Assembly: GCA_963716395.1 (NCBI GenBank)
Contig: OY970309.1
Location: 2,912,001 to 2,976,000, forward strand
DNA length: 64,000 bases
Direction of reading: 5' to 3'
Source: an uncultured Fibrobacteria bacterium
Lineage (GTDB): Bacteria > Fibrobacterota > Fibrobacteria > UBA11236
Shown here: positions 37,037 to 46,280 of the stretch, in pieces
Layout: each line of letters starts with the position of its first letter
How positions within the stretch are numbered: the stretch's first letter is position 1
Notes under the pieces: model-generated
The model's input: only the letters and a program-made list of their open reading frames with translations
Databases searched by the model: none
What the model was told of the DNA's origin: nothing
Translations under genes and position numbers: made by a program

Positions 37037-39709
37037 ATGGCACAACGCTATCTGACCACCCTCGAAAAGCGCAGCGATTTCGTGGAAAATCTGCGCGACG
37101 CCTTTGAAGCGCCCGATCCGGGGGCGCGCAACCGCGCCATCAAAGAACTGATTCAGAAACAACACGGGAAAATCCGGCGGCTGAATCGCGAAGGCGCTTC
37201 GGGCGCCGATACCGTGCGCTTTCTCAGCGAAACCGTCGACACCGTGTTGCGTGTGCTCTGGGATCACGTGGAAATGAGCGTTCCCGACGCCGCCAATCTC
37301 GTGGCGCTGGTGGCCGTCGGGGGGTATGGCCGCATGGAGCTCTGCCCGCAAAGCGACATCGACCTGCTCATCCTGACTTCGGCGAAACCCGACGCGCAGG
37401 AAGTGGCGCAGGCCGAAACCATCGTCCGCAGCCTGTGGGATTTCGGTTTCACTGCGGGATCCTCGGTGCGTTCGGTGGCCCAATGCCAGGAAGCATCGGC
37501 CAAAGACCCGGACACCTGGACCTCGTTTCTGAACGAGCGCTTCGTGGCCGGCAACCACGCCTTGTACCAACGCTTCGTACACATGATGGGCAAGCGCCTG
37601 TTTCCCTGGCGCGTATCGACCTTGGTGGCTTCCAAACTCAGCGAGCGGCAGGCGCGTCTGGGCAAGACCGGAACCCTGATTCAGTTGCTCGAACCCAACA
37701 TCAAAGAAGGGCTGGGGTGCTTGCGCGACGTGCACACCATGATGTGGGTGGCCCAGGTCAAACATGGCTGTTCCACCTTCGGCGATTTGGTGCGCGAGGG
37801 CCTTATCACCCCGCAAGAGCAGGAGGATTTGCAGGCCGCCTACGATTTTCTCCTGCAAGTGCGTTGCTGTCTGCATTTCCTCACCCAGAAAAAAGACGAC
37901 CGGCTGAGTTTTTATCTGCAACCCGAGGTCGCGGCCGAGTTGGGCTTCGTCGACGACGGCTCCTTCAAGGCGGTGGAGATTTTTCTCAAGGTGTTTTACC
38001 ACCACACCAAAACCGTGTTCCGCGTGGCCGAAACCGTGATTTCGCGCTGGATGCGGTCGCCGGGAAAAACGCTCAAGTACGAAGAGCTGCGGCAGCATCC
38101 CCATTTTCAGGCCGTCGAGGGCGCGCTCGATCTCACCACGCGCGTTGGCAATCCCTTTCGCGGCCGGCTCGATCTTGTGCTCGAATACTTCGACCTGGTG
38201 AACCGCCTGAACCTGGGGTATGCCCACCATGCCGTGTTGCGCATCAAACAGGCGGTGGCCCTGGTCACGGGAGAGCTGCCCGAGGCTCCCGCGCACCTGG
38301 CGCGTTTTCTGGCACTGTGCCAGCGTTCCGAACGCGTGGGGCGCATGCTGCGCGCCATGAGCGATGTGGGGCTCGTCGGCCTGCTCCTGCCCGATTTCAA
38401 CCTCATTTATTGCCATAGCCAACACGATATCTATCACATCTACACCACCGACGAACACACCATCACCGTGGTGCGCCAGTTGGCGTATCTGCCCCAGCGG
38501 CCGGAAAAGGAATTGGCGTCGCTACGGGCCGCCCTGGAACAGGTGAGCGATCGCGAAGTGCTGGTGCTGGCCTGCTTCTACCACGACATCGGCAAAGGTC
38601 TGGGCGCCGGCCATTCGGCCAGCGGCGCGCGCTTGGTCTTTCAATTCATGGAGCGTATGGGATTTTCGGCCTCGCGCTGTCTGACCGCCTCCAATCTGGT
38701 GCTGCACCATTTGCTGATGAACGAGGTGATCCAGCGCCGCGACCTGGAAGATCCCAAAACCATCCACGATTTCACCACGAAAATCGAAAGCCCGGCATTT
38801 TTGCACAAGTTGTACGTCCTGACCTATTGCGATGCATCTTCGGTGCATCCCGACGCCTGGTCGAATTGGAAAGCGTCGCTGCTGCAGCAGTTGTATGAGC
38901 ATGCGCTGCGCATGCTTTTGCAGCCCTACCAGGCGGCCCAGGTGCGGCGCGGGCCCGAAGCCTCCGAAGTGCTGGCGGCGCTGGGGCGCGTGCTTGCACC
39001 CGATGCCGCGCAGGCCCATTGGCAGGCGCTGACCGAGAATTATTTGGCCGCCCATTCGGCCGAAGAGATCGCCCTGCATGCCAAGCTGCTGGAGCGGGTC
39101 GCCGCGGAAGGCTGCGGGGTTTACGTGCTGCCCAAATCCACGCATTGGGAAATTACCGTGGCGGCCCGGGACGAGGAAGCCCTGCTGTGCCGCATTGCAG
39201 GATGCCTGGCCCACCTTCAGCTTTCGATTCTGAGCGCGAAGATTTACACCCTAGGCGGCGGCAAAGTGGTGGATCGGTTTTGGGTGGCGCTGCCCGAAGA
39301 CGCGACGCTGACCGCCGAGGTGTTGCGCGCGCACCTGTTGGCCGAACTGCAAATGCGGTTTCGCTTGGGGCGCGACGAACTGCAGGACTTGCGCCTTATC
39401 CGGGTACGCCCCGGCGCTTTACCCGAAGGCGATGCGCCGGCCGCGGCTAACGTATTGGTTTCAAATGAAATATCCGACACCTTCACCGTGGTCGACGTGA
39501 CTTGCCGCGATCAAATCGGTCTTTTGTTCCAGGTGGCGTTGGTGTTGAGTGAACTGGGACTCAACGTGCACGGCGCCGTGTTGACCACCGAAGCCGACAA
39601 AGCCATGGACGCCTTCTACATCACTGCCGCGGATGGAGCAAAGGTCACCGACGCCGCGCGTTGCCAAGCCATCATCGCCGCGCTCGAACGCGAACTCGCC
39701 TTCCATTAG
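37037..39709 (+). CDS. glnD: [Protein-PII] uridylyltransferase/uridylyl-removing enzyme
   Basis: AVGGYGR.EL.PQSDIDL, EPNIKEG.G.LRD, HD domain (YHDIGKG), two ACT domains. Confidence 0.96.
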   Translation: MAQRYLTTLEKRSDFVENLRDAFEAPDPGARNRAIKELIQKQHGKIRRLNREGASGADTVRFLSETVDTVLRVLWDHVEMSVPDAANLVALVAVGGYGRMELCPQSDIDLLILTSAKPDAQEVAQAETIVRSLWDFGFTAGSSVRSVAQCQEASAKDPDTWTSFLNERFVAGNHALYQRFVHMMGKRLFPWRVSTLVASKLSERQARLGKTGTLIQLLEPNIKEGLGCLRDVHTMMWVAQVKHGCSTFGDLVREGLITPQEQEDLQAAYDFLLQVRCCLHFLTQKKDDRLSFYLQPEVAAELGFVDDGSFKAVEIFLKVFYHHTKTVFRVAETVISRWMRSPGKTLKYEELRQHPHFQAVEGALDLTTRVGNPFRGRLDLVLEYFDLVNRLNLGYAHHAVLRIKQAVALVTGELPEAPAHLARFLALCQRSERVGRMLRAMSDVGLVGLLLPDFNLIYCHSQHDIYHIYTTDEHTITVVRQLAYLPQRPEKELASLRAALEQVSDREVLVLACFYHDIGKGLGAGHSASGARLVFQFMERMGFSASRCLTASNLVLHHLLMNEVIQRRDLEDPKTIHDFTTKIESPAFLHKLYVLTYCDASSVHPDAWSNWKASLLQQLYEHALRMLLQPYQAAQVRRGPEASEVLAALGRVLAPDAAQAHWQALTENYLAAHSAEEIALHAKLLERVAAEGCGVYVLPKSTHWEITVAARDEEALLCRIAGCLAHLQLSILSAKIYTLGGGKVVDRFWVALPEDATLTAEVLRAHLLAELQMRFRLGRDELQDLRLIRVRPGALPEGDAPAAANVLVSNEISDTFTVVDVTCRDQIGLLFQVALVLSELGLNVHGAVLTTEADKAMDAFYITAADGAKVTDAARCQAIIAALERELAFH

Positions 39710-39767
39710 GCGGGGTCACCCGCACGCTGCGTACCATCGCCGACACCCCCCGCGGTGAAGGAATGGC

Positions 39768-39796
39768 TTGACTAATTCTTTCCATCACTTTATCAT
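39768..39796 (+). promoter_or_regulatory. Sigma70 promoter
   Basis: TTGACT-17 bp-TATCAT in an AT-rich intergenic region. Confidence 0.7.
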
Positions 39797-39986
39797 TTAC
39801 CACAGAACCGACGATCACAGGAAGAACTCGTTGACCCGTCCGCTCCCGTCATTGCTCCTTTTCCCATCCCAATCACGCCCTGCTATCGTCGGGTGCCTAA
39901 TAAATACGGGGCTTTCAAACGTATACTGCCATTTAAACAACATAAATCACAAATTGAATTGAACCCATCCGGAGGGAGGTGATCAC

Positions 39987-40061
39987 ATGGCCGCTAAGAA
40001 AAAAGCGAAGAAGGCCGCCAAGAAAAAGGCAGCCAAGAAATCCGCTAAGAAGAAGAAATAA
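39987..40061 (+). CDS. 24-aa Lys/Ala-rich histone H1-like micro-protein (MAAKKKAKKAAKKKAAKKSAKKKK)
   Basis: Perfect SD GGAGGTGATC directly upstream; varied synonymous Lys/Ala codons; TAA stop; terminator follows; below the ORF-track size cut-off. Confidence 0.85.
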   Translation: MAAKKKAKKAAKKKAAKKSAKKKK

Positions 40062-40101
40062 CGTGTTCTGATTCCATCTCTCATGGAATCAATCGGTTAA
40101 G

Positions 40102-40137
40102 GGAGGCCAGGACGTCCTGGCCTCCTTTTTGTTTTTA
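40102..40137 (+). terminator. Rho-independent terminator
   Basis: GGAGGCCAGG-ACGT-CCTGGCCTCC followed by TTTTTGTTTTT. Confidence 0.9.
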
Positions 40138-40274
40138 TCGCCGCGACGACCTTCGCGTCGTCTTACCCACTGGCGTCGGCGCGACGCGCCTCACTTTTCG
40201 GCCAGGAAATTCGGGGAGTGGTACTTCCGACGGGTAAAAAATCTTCGCTACCGCGGCCGGAGGCTGAGACCCGC

Positions 40275-42002
40275 TTACATCGTCTCAATGGCGGGAACGC
40301 CGATGAGATCGAGCGCCGCGGCCAGTACGGATTTGACGATGTGTACCAAGACCAGGCGTTCCGCTTCTTCGGGGGCGCCGATCACGCGCGAAGAATGCAG
40401 AAAATGGTGCGTGGCGTCGGCCAGGCCCAGGGCGAATTGGGCCATGGGACAGGGATCGCGTCCGTCGATGACGGCCGTGATTTTATCCGGGAATTGGGCC
40501 ACCCATTCCACCAAGGCGAACGACGCTGGGTCGGCCAATACGCTCCAGCGCAGGGCGGCCAACGCCGCGACGTCATATGCCGGCGGCGCGTCGGCTTTGC
40601 GCAGAATGCTGCACAGGCGCACATGGGCGTTTTGCACATAGGGTCCGGAATCACCTTCGAAACTCAGGGCCTGGTCCCATTCGAAGCGAATGTCGTTTTG
40701 GCGGCGGTTTTTCATTTCGCCGAACACCAAAGCGCCCACACCGATGCGCATGGCCAGGTCGCGATCGCCCGCCGCCGTGGGATTTTTTTCGGACATGACG
40801 GTCAGGATTTTTTCCTGCGCGGCTTCAAGCACGTCTTTGAGCAGGCTCGCCTGCCCGGTGCGTGACTTGCCTTTTTCCCAGCCGCCGTCGTCGCTTTTGA
40901 TCAACACCAGACCGAAGGGAATGTGTTCGCAGCGTCGCGACCACGCATACCCCAACAGATCCAAGATTTTGAACAACTGCTGAAAATGCAGACTTTGTCC
41001 GTTGTCCACCACATAGAGGCAATGGTCGAAGGCATATTCGCGCTGGCGATGCACGGCGGCCGCCAAGTCGCGGGTGATGTACAAGGTGGCGCCGTCGGAT
41101 TTGCGGATCAGGGCAGGTGGCATACCGAACTCCGACAGGTCCACGATTTCGGCGCCTTGGCTTTCACGCAGCAAGCTGCGATCGCGCAGAAGATGGCGGG
41201 TCGCTTCGGCCTGATCGGCGAAATAGGCTTCGCCCACAAACGCGTCGAATTCCACGTTCAACAGGGAGTACAGCCGCCGCAATTCCTGCAGTGTCACTTC
41301 GCGAAAAGCGGCCCACAGTTTGCGATAGTGCGCGTCGCCCGCCTCGAGCTGTGCAAAGGCGCGGCGCGCTTCCTCTTCGAGAGCGGGCTCGGCGCGCGCC
41401 GCTTCGTCGAAGGCGCGGTACAGCGCATTGAGGCGCGGCAGGGTCAAGGCCGTTAGATCGTTTTCGCGCAGGCCTTCGCGGCCGAACATGACGATCAATT
41501 TTCCGTAGGAGGTACCCCAATCGCCCAAGTGGTTGACCCGCACCACGTTGAAACCGCCGGCGGCAAAAGCCCGGCTCAGGCAATGTCCGATCATGGTACC
41601 GCGCAAATGGTGAAAGGCCAACTCTTTGCCCATGTTGGGCGACGAATAATCGATCACTGCGCATCGACCCGCCCCGCGGGAACTGCGCCCGTACTCCGGG
41701 CCTTCCTGCACCACCTGCAGAATCACCCGGCGGGCGAAGTCGGACTTGTCGACGAAAAAATTGAGGTAGCCGCCAAGGGCCTCGATTTTTACGAAGCCGG
41801 GCGGCGGCTGCAAGTGGGCGGCAAGTTCCGCGGCCACGGCGGCCGGCGCTTGCCGCCGGCTTTTGGCCAAGGGAAAACAGGGAAAGGAAAAATCGCCGTG
41901 CGCGGCGTGTTGTGGAAGCAGAATGGAACTCTCCACCTGCTCTTCCGTCAGTCCCGTTGCCGGGGCAACGAGCAGGGCGATATCGCGCTTAAAGGTCGTC
42001 AT
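40275..42002 (-). CDS. argS: Arginine--tRNA ligase
   Basis: HGDFSFPCF, IDYSSPN, NHLGDWG, KSDGATLY.TRDLA, EGDSGPY.Q.AH.RL.SI, DALR anticodon domain. Confidence 0.96.
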   Translation of the reverse strand: MTTFKRDIALLVAPATGLTEEQVESSILLPQHAAHGDFSFPCFPLAKSRRQAPAAVAAELAAHLQPPPGFVKIEALGGYLNFFVDKSDFARRVILQVVQEGPEYGRSSRGAGRCAVIDYSSPNMGKELAFHHLRGTMIGHCLSRAFAAGGFNVVRVNHLGDWGTSYGKLIVMFGREGLRENDLTALTLPRLNALYRAFDEAARAEPALEEEARRAFAQLEAGDAHYRKLWAAFREVTLQELRRLYSLLNVEFDAFVGEAYFADQAEATRHLLRDRSLLRESQGAEIVDLSEFGMPPALIRKSDGATLYITRDLAAAVHRQREYAFDHCLYVVDNGQSLHFQQLFKILDLLGYAWSRRCEHIPFGLVLIKSDDGGWEKGKSRTGQASLLKDVLEAAQEKILTVMSEKNPTAAGDRDLAMRIGVGALVFGEMKNRRQNDIRFEWDQALSFEGDSGPYVQNAHVRLCSILRKADAPPAYDVAALAALRWSVLADPASFALVEWVAQFPDKITAVIDGRDPCPMAQFALGLADATHHFLHSSRVIGAPEEAERLVLVHIVKSVLAAALDLIGVPAIETM

Positions 42003-42411
42003 CCTCGTCGGCGTCTTGCGGCGCAGGTGCGGCGTAATCCTCGGGTTTGAGATGCTTGGATTTCGCGTCGCCCCACAGACGTTCGAGGGAATAGTAGCCG
42101 CGCGTGTTCTTTTCGAACAAGTGGATGATGAGATCGCCGTAGTCGAGCACCGCCCAGCGCACGCCGGGAAGGTATTCGGATCGCAGGGCCTTGGTCGACT
42201 CGCGGCTCAAGGCGCGATAGATCGCGTTCAGCAAGGCGCGCATATGCGCTTCATTCTGGCAGGTGCAGATGAGATAGTAATCGGTCAGCGTGCTGAGTCC
42301 GCGCAGATCGAGCAGCACCGCGTCTTCGGCCTTGCGGGCGAAGAGTACGGCGGCCGCTTTGTCGGCGATGTCGAGGGCGCTCAGGGTTTGGGCAGATTTG
42401 GGTGGGGCCAT
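41989..42411 (-). CDS. rsfS: Ribosome silencing factor
   Basis: KAEDAVLLDL, TDYYLICT, WAVLDYGDLIIHLF, YYSLERLWGD. Confidence 0.95.
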   Translation of the reverse strand: MAPPKSAQTLSALDIADKAAAVLFARKAEDAVLLDLRGLSTLTDYYLICTCQNEAHMRALLNAIYRALSRESTKALRSEYLPGVRWAVLDYGDLIIHLFEKNTRGYYSLERLWGDAKSKHLKPEDYAAPAPQDADEDDDL

Positions 42412-42863
42412 TTTCGCATCAACTCCTCGTAGTCCTTTCCGATGATGACCGTCGCTTCCACCAAGGCGGCTTCCCGCTGCAGGTGGATGGGGCGATCGAT
42501 GCCCAATACTTTCGCCAAGTCCCCGGCAATGCGATCCGACGGCGAACGGGCGATGACCAAGGTGTGCTGGTAATTCCAACTGGAGGCATTGCCGAATTCA
42601 ATCACGTCAAACCCGAATCCCGTGAGGTAATCGCGGAAAGTTTCGGCGGCTCCGGACTTGCCGCAACCGTTCAGCACCTGGATTTGGCCGGTATTGGGAA
42701 CAAAGGTTTGCGTCTGATCGGTCGCTGGCTGGTGGCAGGCATTGGCGTAAAGGGCGCAGGCCAAAACCGCGGTCCACCCGAAAAGTTGGCGTCGGTGCAA
42801 ATGCGGCCATCGGCGGGGCAGACACAAAGCGGAGGAAAAACGGAAGGCAGGGAGTGCGGCCAA
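42381..42863 (-). CDS. LytR C-terminal domain protein
   Basis: IQVLNGCGKSGAA, GNA, VIIGKDY. Confidence 0.88.
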   Translation of the reverse strand: MAALPAFRFSSALCLPRRWPHLHRRQLFGWTAVLACALYANACHQPATDQTQTFVPNTGQIQVLNGCGKSGAAETFRDYLTGFGFDVIEFGNASSWNYQHTLVIARSPSDRIAGDLAKVLGIDRPIHLQREAALVEATVIIGKDYEELMRKWPHPNLPKP

Positions 42864-43409
42864 TTACGGGAACCGGCTCCAAAAAGGTTCGGCATAGGGG
42901 GCGCCATAGGCTTTCCACGCGTCTTGGGTCTTGACGAAATCCAGATTGAGCGAGAAATGGTCATTGGGTTTGTATTGCAGCCCGACGCGCGGAAAAATCA
43001 GCGACGAACCGGCTCCTTGCGACATAAGGGTATTGTTCATGCCGGGGACGGTGGAATAAATCGGCGTGTAGAAACCCATATCCATGGAAAGCGTCAGAGG
43101 TGCGGCCAGTCGATAGGTCAAGGTATTCAAATACACCCCGGAAGAGAGCGAACCTGCGGAACCGGAGGCATAAGAAAGCGAATAGCTTTGGTGCATGGAA
43201 AATCGGTCGGGCGTCAAAAACGAGAAACTCGGCGCATTCGAGCGGTATTCCGGCGCCAAAAGGTTTTGTGAATTGAAATCCTGATTGTTGATGACCACAC
43301 TCGAAGGCGCGGCCGGTGTTGAAGTCGAAACCATGGATGCCCGGTCGCTTTGGGCCGCACACATTCCCCAGAGAAGAAGAATCAAGGGGGAAGTCAGCGC
43401 GATTTGCAT
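42864..43409 (-). CDS. Secreted hypothetical protein (beta-rich)
   Basis: Signal peptide; SMHQSYSLSY, YLNTLTY, LQYKPNDHF strands. Confidence 0.7.
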   Translation of the reverse strand: MQIALTSPLILLLWGMCAAQSDRASMVSTSTPAAPSSVVINNQDFNSQNLLAPEYRSNAPSFSFLTPDRFSMHQSYSLSYASGSAGSLSSGVYLNTLTYRLAAPLTLSMDMGFYTPIYSTVPGMNNTLMSQGAGSSLIFPRVGLQYKPNDHFSLNLDFVKTQDAWKAYGAPYAEPFWSRFP

Positions 43410-43614
43410 TTCTCCGTTCCGCAATAGCCTATATATAATAATACCAGGGCGCGGTTTTTAAAAAACGTAAAACAACCCCGGGTTTTTCGACCGTTTCCCT
43501 GGCCGGTTTCTAAAGCCGACCTCTAATAATCGGTCCGGGGGCCGCAGGCGGAGAATGTGATTATTGGAGGTACCAGAAATACCTAACCCCGGCCATTGAA
43601 CGTACCGGTAAAAA

Positions 43615-45366
43615 TTAAGGCGCTTCGAAGGTGTAATGGGCTTGCCAACCTTGTCCTTGATTCTTTCCATCCGTCACGAACCAGACCAACATTTTGTTCT
43701 GCGTGGAAGCCACAATTGGCGGCAGGTCGGGTCCACTGAACAATCCGAGTATCCGTGAATTTGTGCCGGCGCCGTCAAAGACATAAACCCAATCTCTTTT
43801 GGCTTCGGTTTCGAATTGGGTGAATTCCAATTTCACCACGCGGGTCGCGGGCGCGGTGATGAGCCACTTGCAATCCGAATAAGCGGAATAGAAATGGGGA
43901 CCGCTTCCGTCCTCGAAAGAGCCGTTGGGAACGTCCAGATGTTTCGTATCACGACAATACAATTTGCCGGAATCGGTCAGAGCCGCCTGAAATTCCAATT
44001 CCCAATGATATGCGCGATTTAGGTGGGCAGGAGTGAATTCGATGCGCACTCCGCTACCAGGTACAAATAAACTATCGGGAACAGAATTAAGGCGATAGGA
44101 GATGCCCTCCGCCGTCGGCGCGTCTGGGATGAAGCGCAGGAGGCTTTGATCCTTTTGGCGGGAATGAAAATTGAATTGCAGGCCGGGAAAGATTCCGGAT
44201 GGCTGCAGATGCCACTCATAATGGTCGGCGGCATTGGCGAGAAGTAACCTTTTCCATAAGCTGCCGCTTTTTTTCCGGAAGAGGATGGCCCCCTTCGGAT
44301 TTCGCAAAACGAATTCACCCGGTCGGCTGGCTCGATCCACATCGGAGCGAAGGAATCTTTCCGCATTAATTTTTCCCGCCCCCAATTTGCCGGCGTATTG
44401 CGGATTGGCGGAATCAATGGGGTCGGCCGAATTTTGCAACAGCCACAGGATTTCGTGCGGAGACAGGCCGGGGTCCAATCTCATTTTCAAGGCGATCAGC
44501 GCCGCGACCATTGGGGCGGCCGCCGAAGTGCCTTCAAATTCAGATCGGCTGGTATCGGAAATCGCGTCGGGGCTGTAAATCGCCTGTCCCGGCGCCGAAA
44601 CGGCTATGTCTTCGCCGTAATTCGAACTCGGAAGTTTTCGTCCGGTAGAATCTAAGGCCGCAACGGCAATGACGCCGGGGTAGGCCGCCGGGTATTGCGG
44701 CTGCTCGGTGGAAAAATTTCCGGCCGAAGCGACCACAAGGATCCCCTTGCTCTCGGCTTTCTGCAACCAGGCTTTGTCGGCATTGGTAAAAACGCCTCCA
44801 CCCCACGAACAGATGATCACATCCGCACCGGCCGCGATGGCATAGGCGATTCCCTGATAGGCGTCTTTCATCAAGGTCGTTTCCGATTGATCGGATAGGC
44901 ATTTCACGGGAATGATTTGCACCGGCACTTCGAAAGAGTCAGGCGTCACGGCTTTTACGATCGAGGCGATGATTCCGGCATTATGCGTACCGTGGCTTTC
45001 GGACAGAAACCGATTCGCGGGCGGCCGCACGTCATTGTCGTGATCGGACACATCCCAACCTTCGGTGTCGTCCACATAGCCGTTGCCGTCGTCATCCAAG
45101 CCGTTATCGGGAATGTCGTTTTTATTCTTCGCCCAAAATCCGCGCAGGTCGCGATGATCGAGGCGAAAGGCGTCGTCGATGACGGCGATTTTGATGGGAC
45201 GGCCTTTTGGAAAGGCAAGCGGGCCGGGTAGATGGAGCTCTTTAAGATACCGGAACAAGGAGGAATCGGTCTCATTCGCCGGTAGAAGTTTTAAGCACAA
45301 TCCGCCCGTAAAGAGCAAGCCGAAGATGAAGGGAAATTGAGACGATTTCAAATCACGAAAAGGCAA
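43615..45366 (-). CDS. S8 subtilisin-like serine peptidase with C-terminal CUB domain
   Basis: IAVIDD (Asp), HGTHNAG (His), GTSAAAP (Ser), NGLDDDGNGYVDD; CUB: Y...SDCKWLI...F.TE...D.V.VFDG...F.TD....GQGW.A.Y. Confidence 0.9.
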   Translation of the reverse strand: MPFRDLKSSQFPFIFGLLFTGGLCLKLLPANETDSSLFRYLKELHLPGPLAFPKGRPIKIAVIDDAFRLDHRDLRGFWAKNKNDIPDNGLDDDGNGYVDDTEGWDVSDHDNDVRPPANRFLSESHGTHNAGIIASIVKAVTPDSFEVPVQIIPVKCLSDQSETTLMKDAYQGIAYAIAAGADVIICSWGGGVFTNADKAWLQKAESKGILVVASAGNFSTEQPQYPAAYPGVIAVAALDSTGRKLPSSNYGEDIAVSAPGQAIYSPDAISDTSRSEFEGTSAAAPMVAALIALKMRLDPGLSPHEILWLLQNSADPIDSANPQYAGKLGAGKINAERFLRSDVDRASRPGEFVLRNPKGAILFRKKSGSLWKRLLLANAADHYEWHLQPSGIFPGLQFNFHSRQKDQSLLRFIPDAPTAEGISYRLNSVPDSLFVPGSGVRIEFTPAHLNRAYHWELEFQAALTDSGKLYCRDTKHLDVPNGSFEDGSGPHFYSAYSDCKWLITAPATRVVKLEFTQFETEAKRDWVYVFDGAGTNSRILGLFSGPDLPPIVASTQNKMLVWFVTDGKNQGQGWQAHYTFEAP

Positions 45367-45378
45367 AAAAGAAAGATT

Positions 45379-46269
45379 CTAATGTATGGTTTCGGTGCCC
45401 ACCGTGTCACCCAAGGGGTAATTGGAAAGGCCGGAACCTTGACCAAATCCCACGGGTACCCGTCCTCTTAAATCCGGAAGCGCGAAATTGGTGGTACCAT
45501 TACCGCCATAGGTTGTGCCGAGCAGGGAAAACACGGCCTGATATTGATTGATGGGCAACAGTTGTCCATTGCAAAAGGCCCAACCCGTCGGCGCAAAATT
45601 TCCCGCGAACATGATGATTTCCGCGAGATAAGGTTCATTGGCTTGGTTTTGGGAAGGGAAAACACCTTGCAGCGCGATGATGTAGTTGAGCGCTAAAGAA
45701 GGTTGACGATTATCCAAATTCAATGAATCCAAGGCGGCATGGGTTAAGGATAATGGCTTTGACACCCAATTGTTACCGTCCCATGTCATCAAATCATTGG
45801 GATTGGTTCCGGGATTGAGTCCGATGGTCAGGGTCGTGTCGATCGACACGGGCGCTTTGCCCTTGTAGCCGGATCCCGCGAACAAGGCGTAAGGCACGGA
45901 AAGCAATTTGTTGTTGGAAACGGTTTTGAACGCCGACCCTCCCTGCGGATCGATTTCAATTTTCAAATACTTTGGGCCATTACCCCACGCCACGGATGAA
46001 AAGGTTCCGGTAACCGGGGTTCCGGTGCCGATGGCGGTGCTGACCAGCCCGAATTGATCCGTGGTCAGCGATTGGGTTTCAGAATAGATCGCGCTGCCGG
46101 CGCTGTCTGTCGATAGGCTGGCCCGCAAGGAAATTTTTTGGTTGGCCAGAATTTTCCCGCTGGAATCCCGCGCCACCGCTTGGTACTTGAAGGCCTGAGG
46201 CGGCTGGGCCAAGGCGCCCAGAGGAGCGAATAGGGCCAATCCGATTAGTAATTTCGCCCGCATCTGCAT
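45379..46269 (-). CDS. Secreted fibre-like protein with phage tail-collar (MdpB-like) domain
   Basis: Signal peptide; QAFKYQAVARD...SVPYAL N-domain; EIIMFAGNFAP.GWAFCNGQLL...LGTTYGG.G...FALPDLRGR. Confidence 0.88.
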   Translation of the reverse strand: MQMRAKLLIGLALFAPLGALAQPPQAFKYQAVARDSSGKILANQKISLRASLSTDSAGSAIYSETQSLTTDQFGLVSTAIGTGTPVTGTFSSVAWGNGPKYLKIEIDPQGGSAFKTVSNNKLLSVPYALFAGSGYKGKAPVSIDTTLTIGLNPGTNPNDLMTWDGNNWVSKPLSLTHAALDSLNLDNRQPSLALNYIIALQGVFPSQNQANEPYLAEIIMFAGNFAPTGWAFCNGQLLPINQYQAVFSLLGTTYGGNGTTNFALPDLRGRVPVGFGQGSGLSNYPLGDTVGTETIH

Positions 46270-46280
46270 AATCGACTCCG

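Noticed and set aside
39793-39852. Minus-strand 19-codon ORF (MTGADGSTSSSCDRRFCGK) with AAGGAG
   Set aside because: The SD is only 2 nt from the ATG, and there is no other support.
39990-40058. AAG/GCC-rich tract as a simple DNA repeat or CRISPR
   Set aside because: No fixed repeat-spacer period; synonymous variation with SD, start and stop indicates a coding sequence.
45379-46269. Prophage or tailocin suggested by the tail-collar domain
   Set aside because: No sheath, tube, baseplate, capsid or integrase genes, and the protein has a signal peptide.
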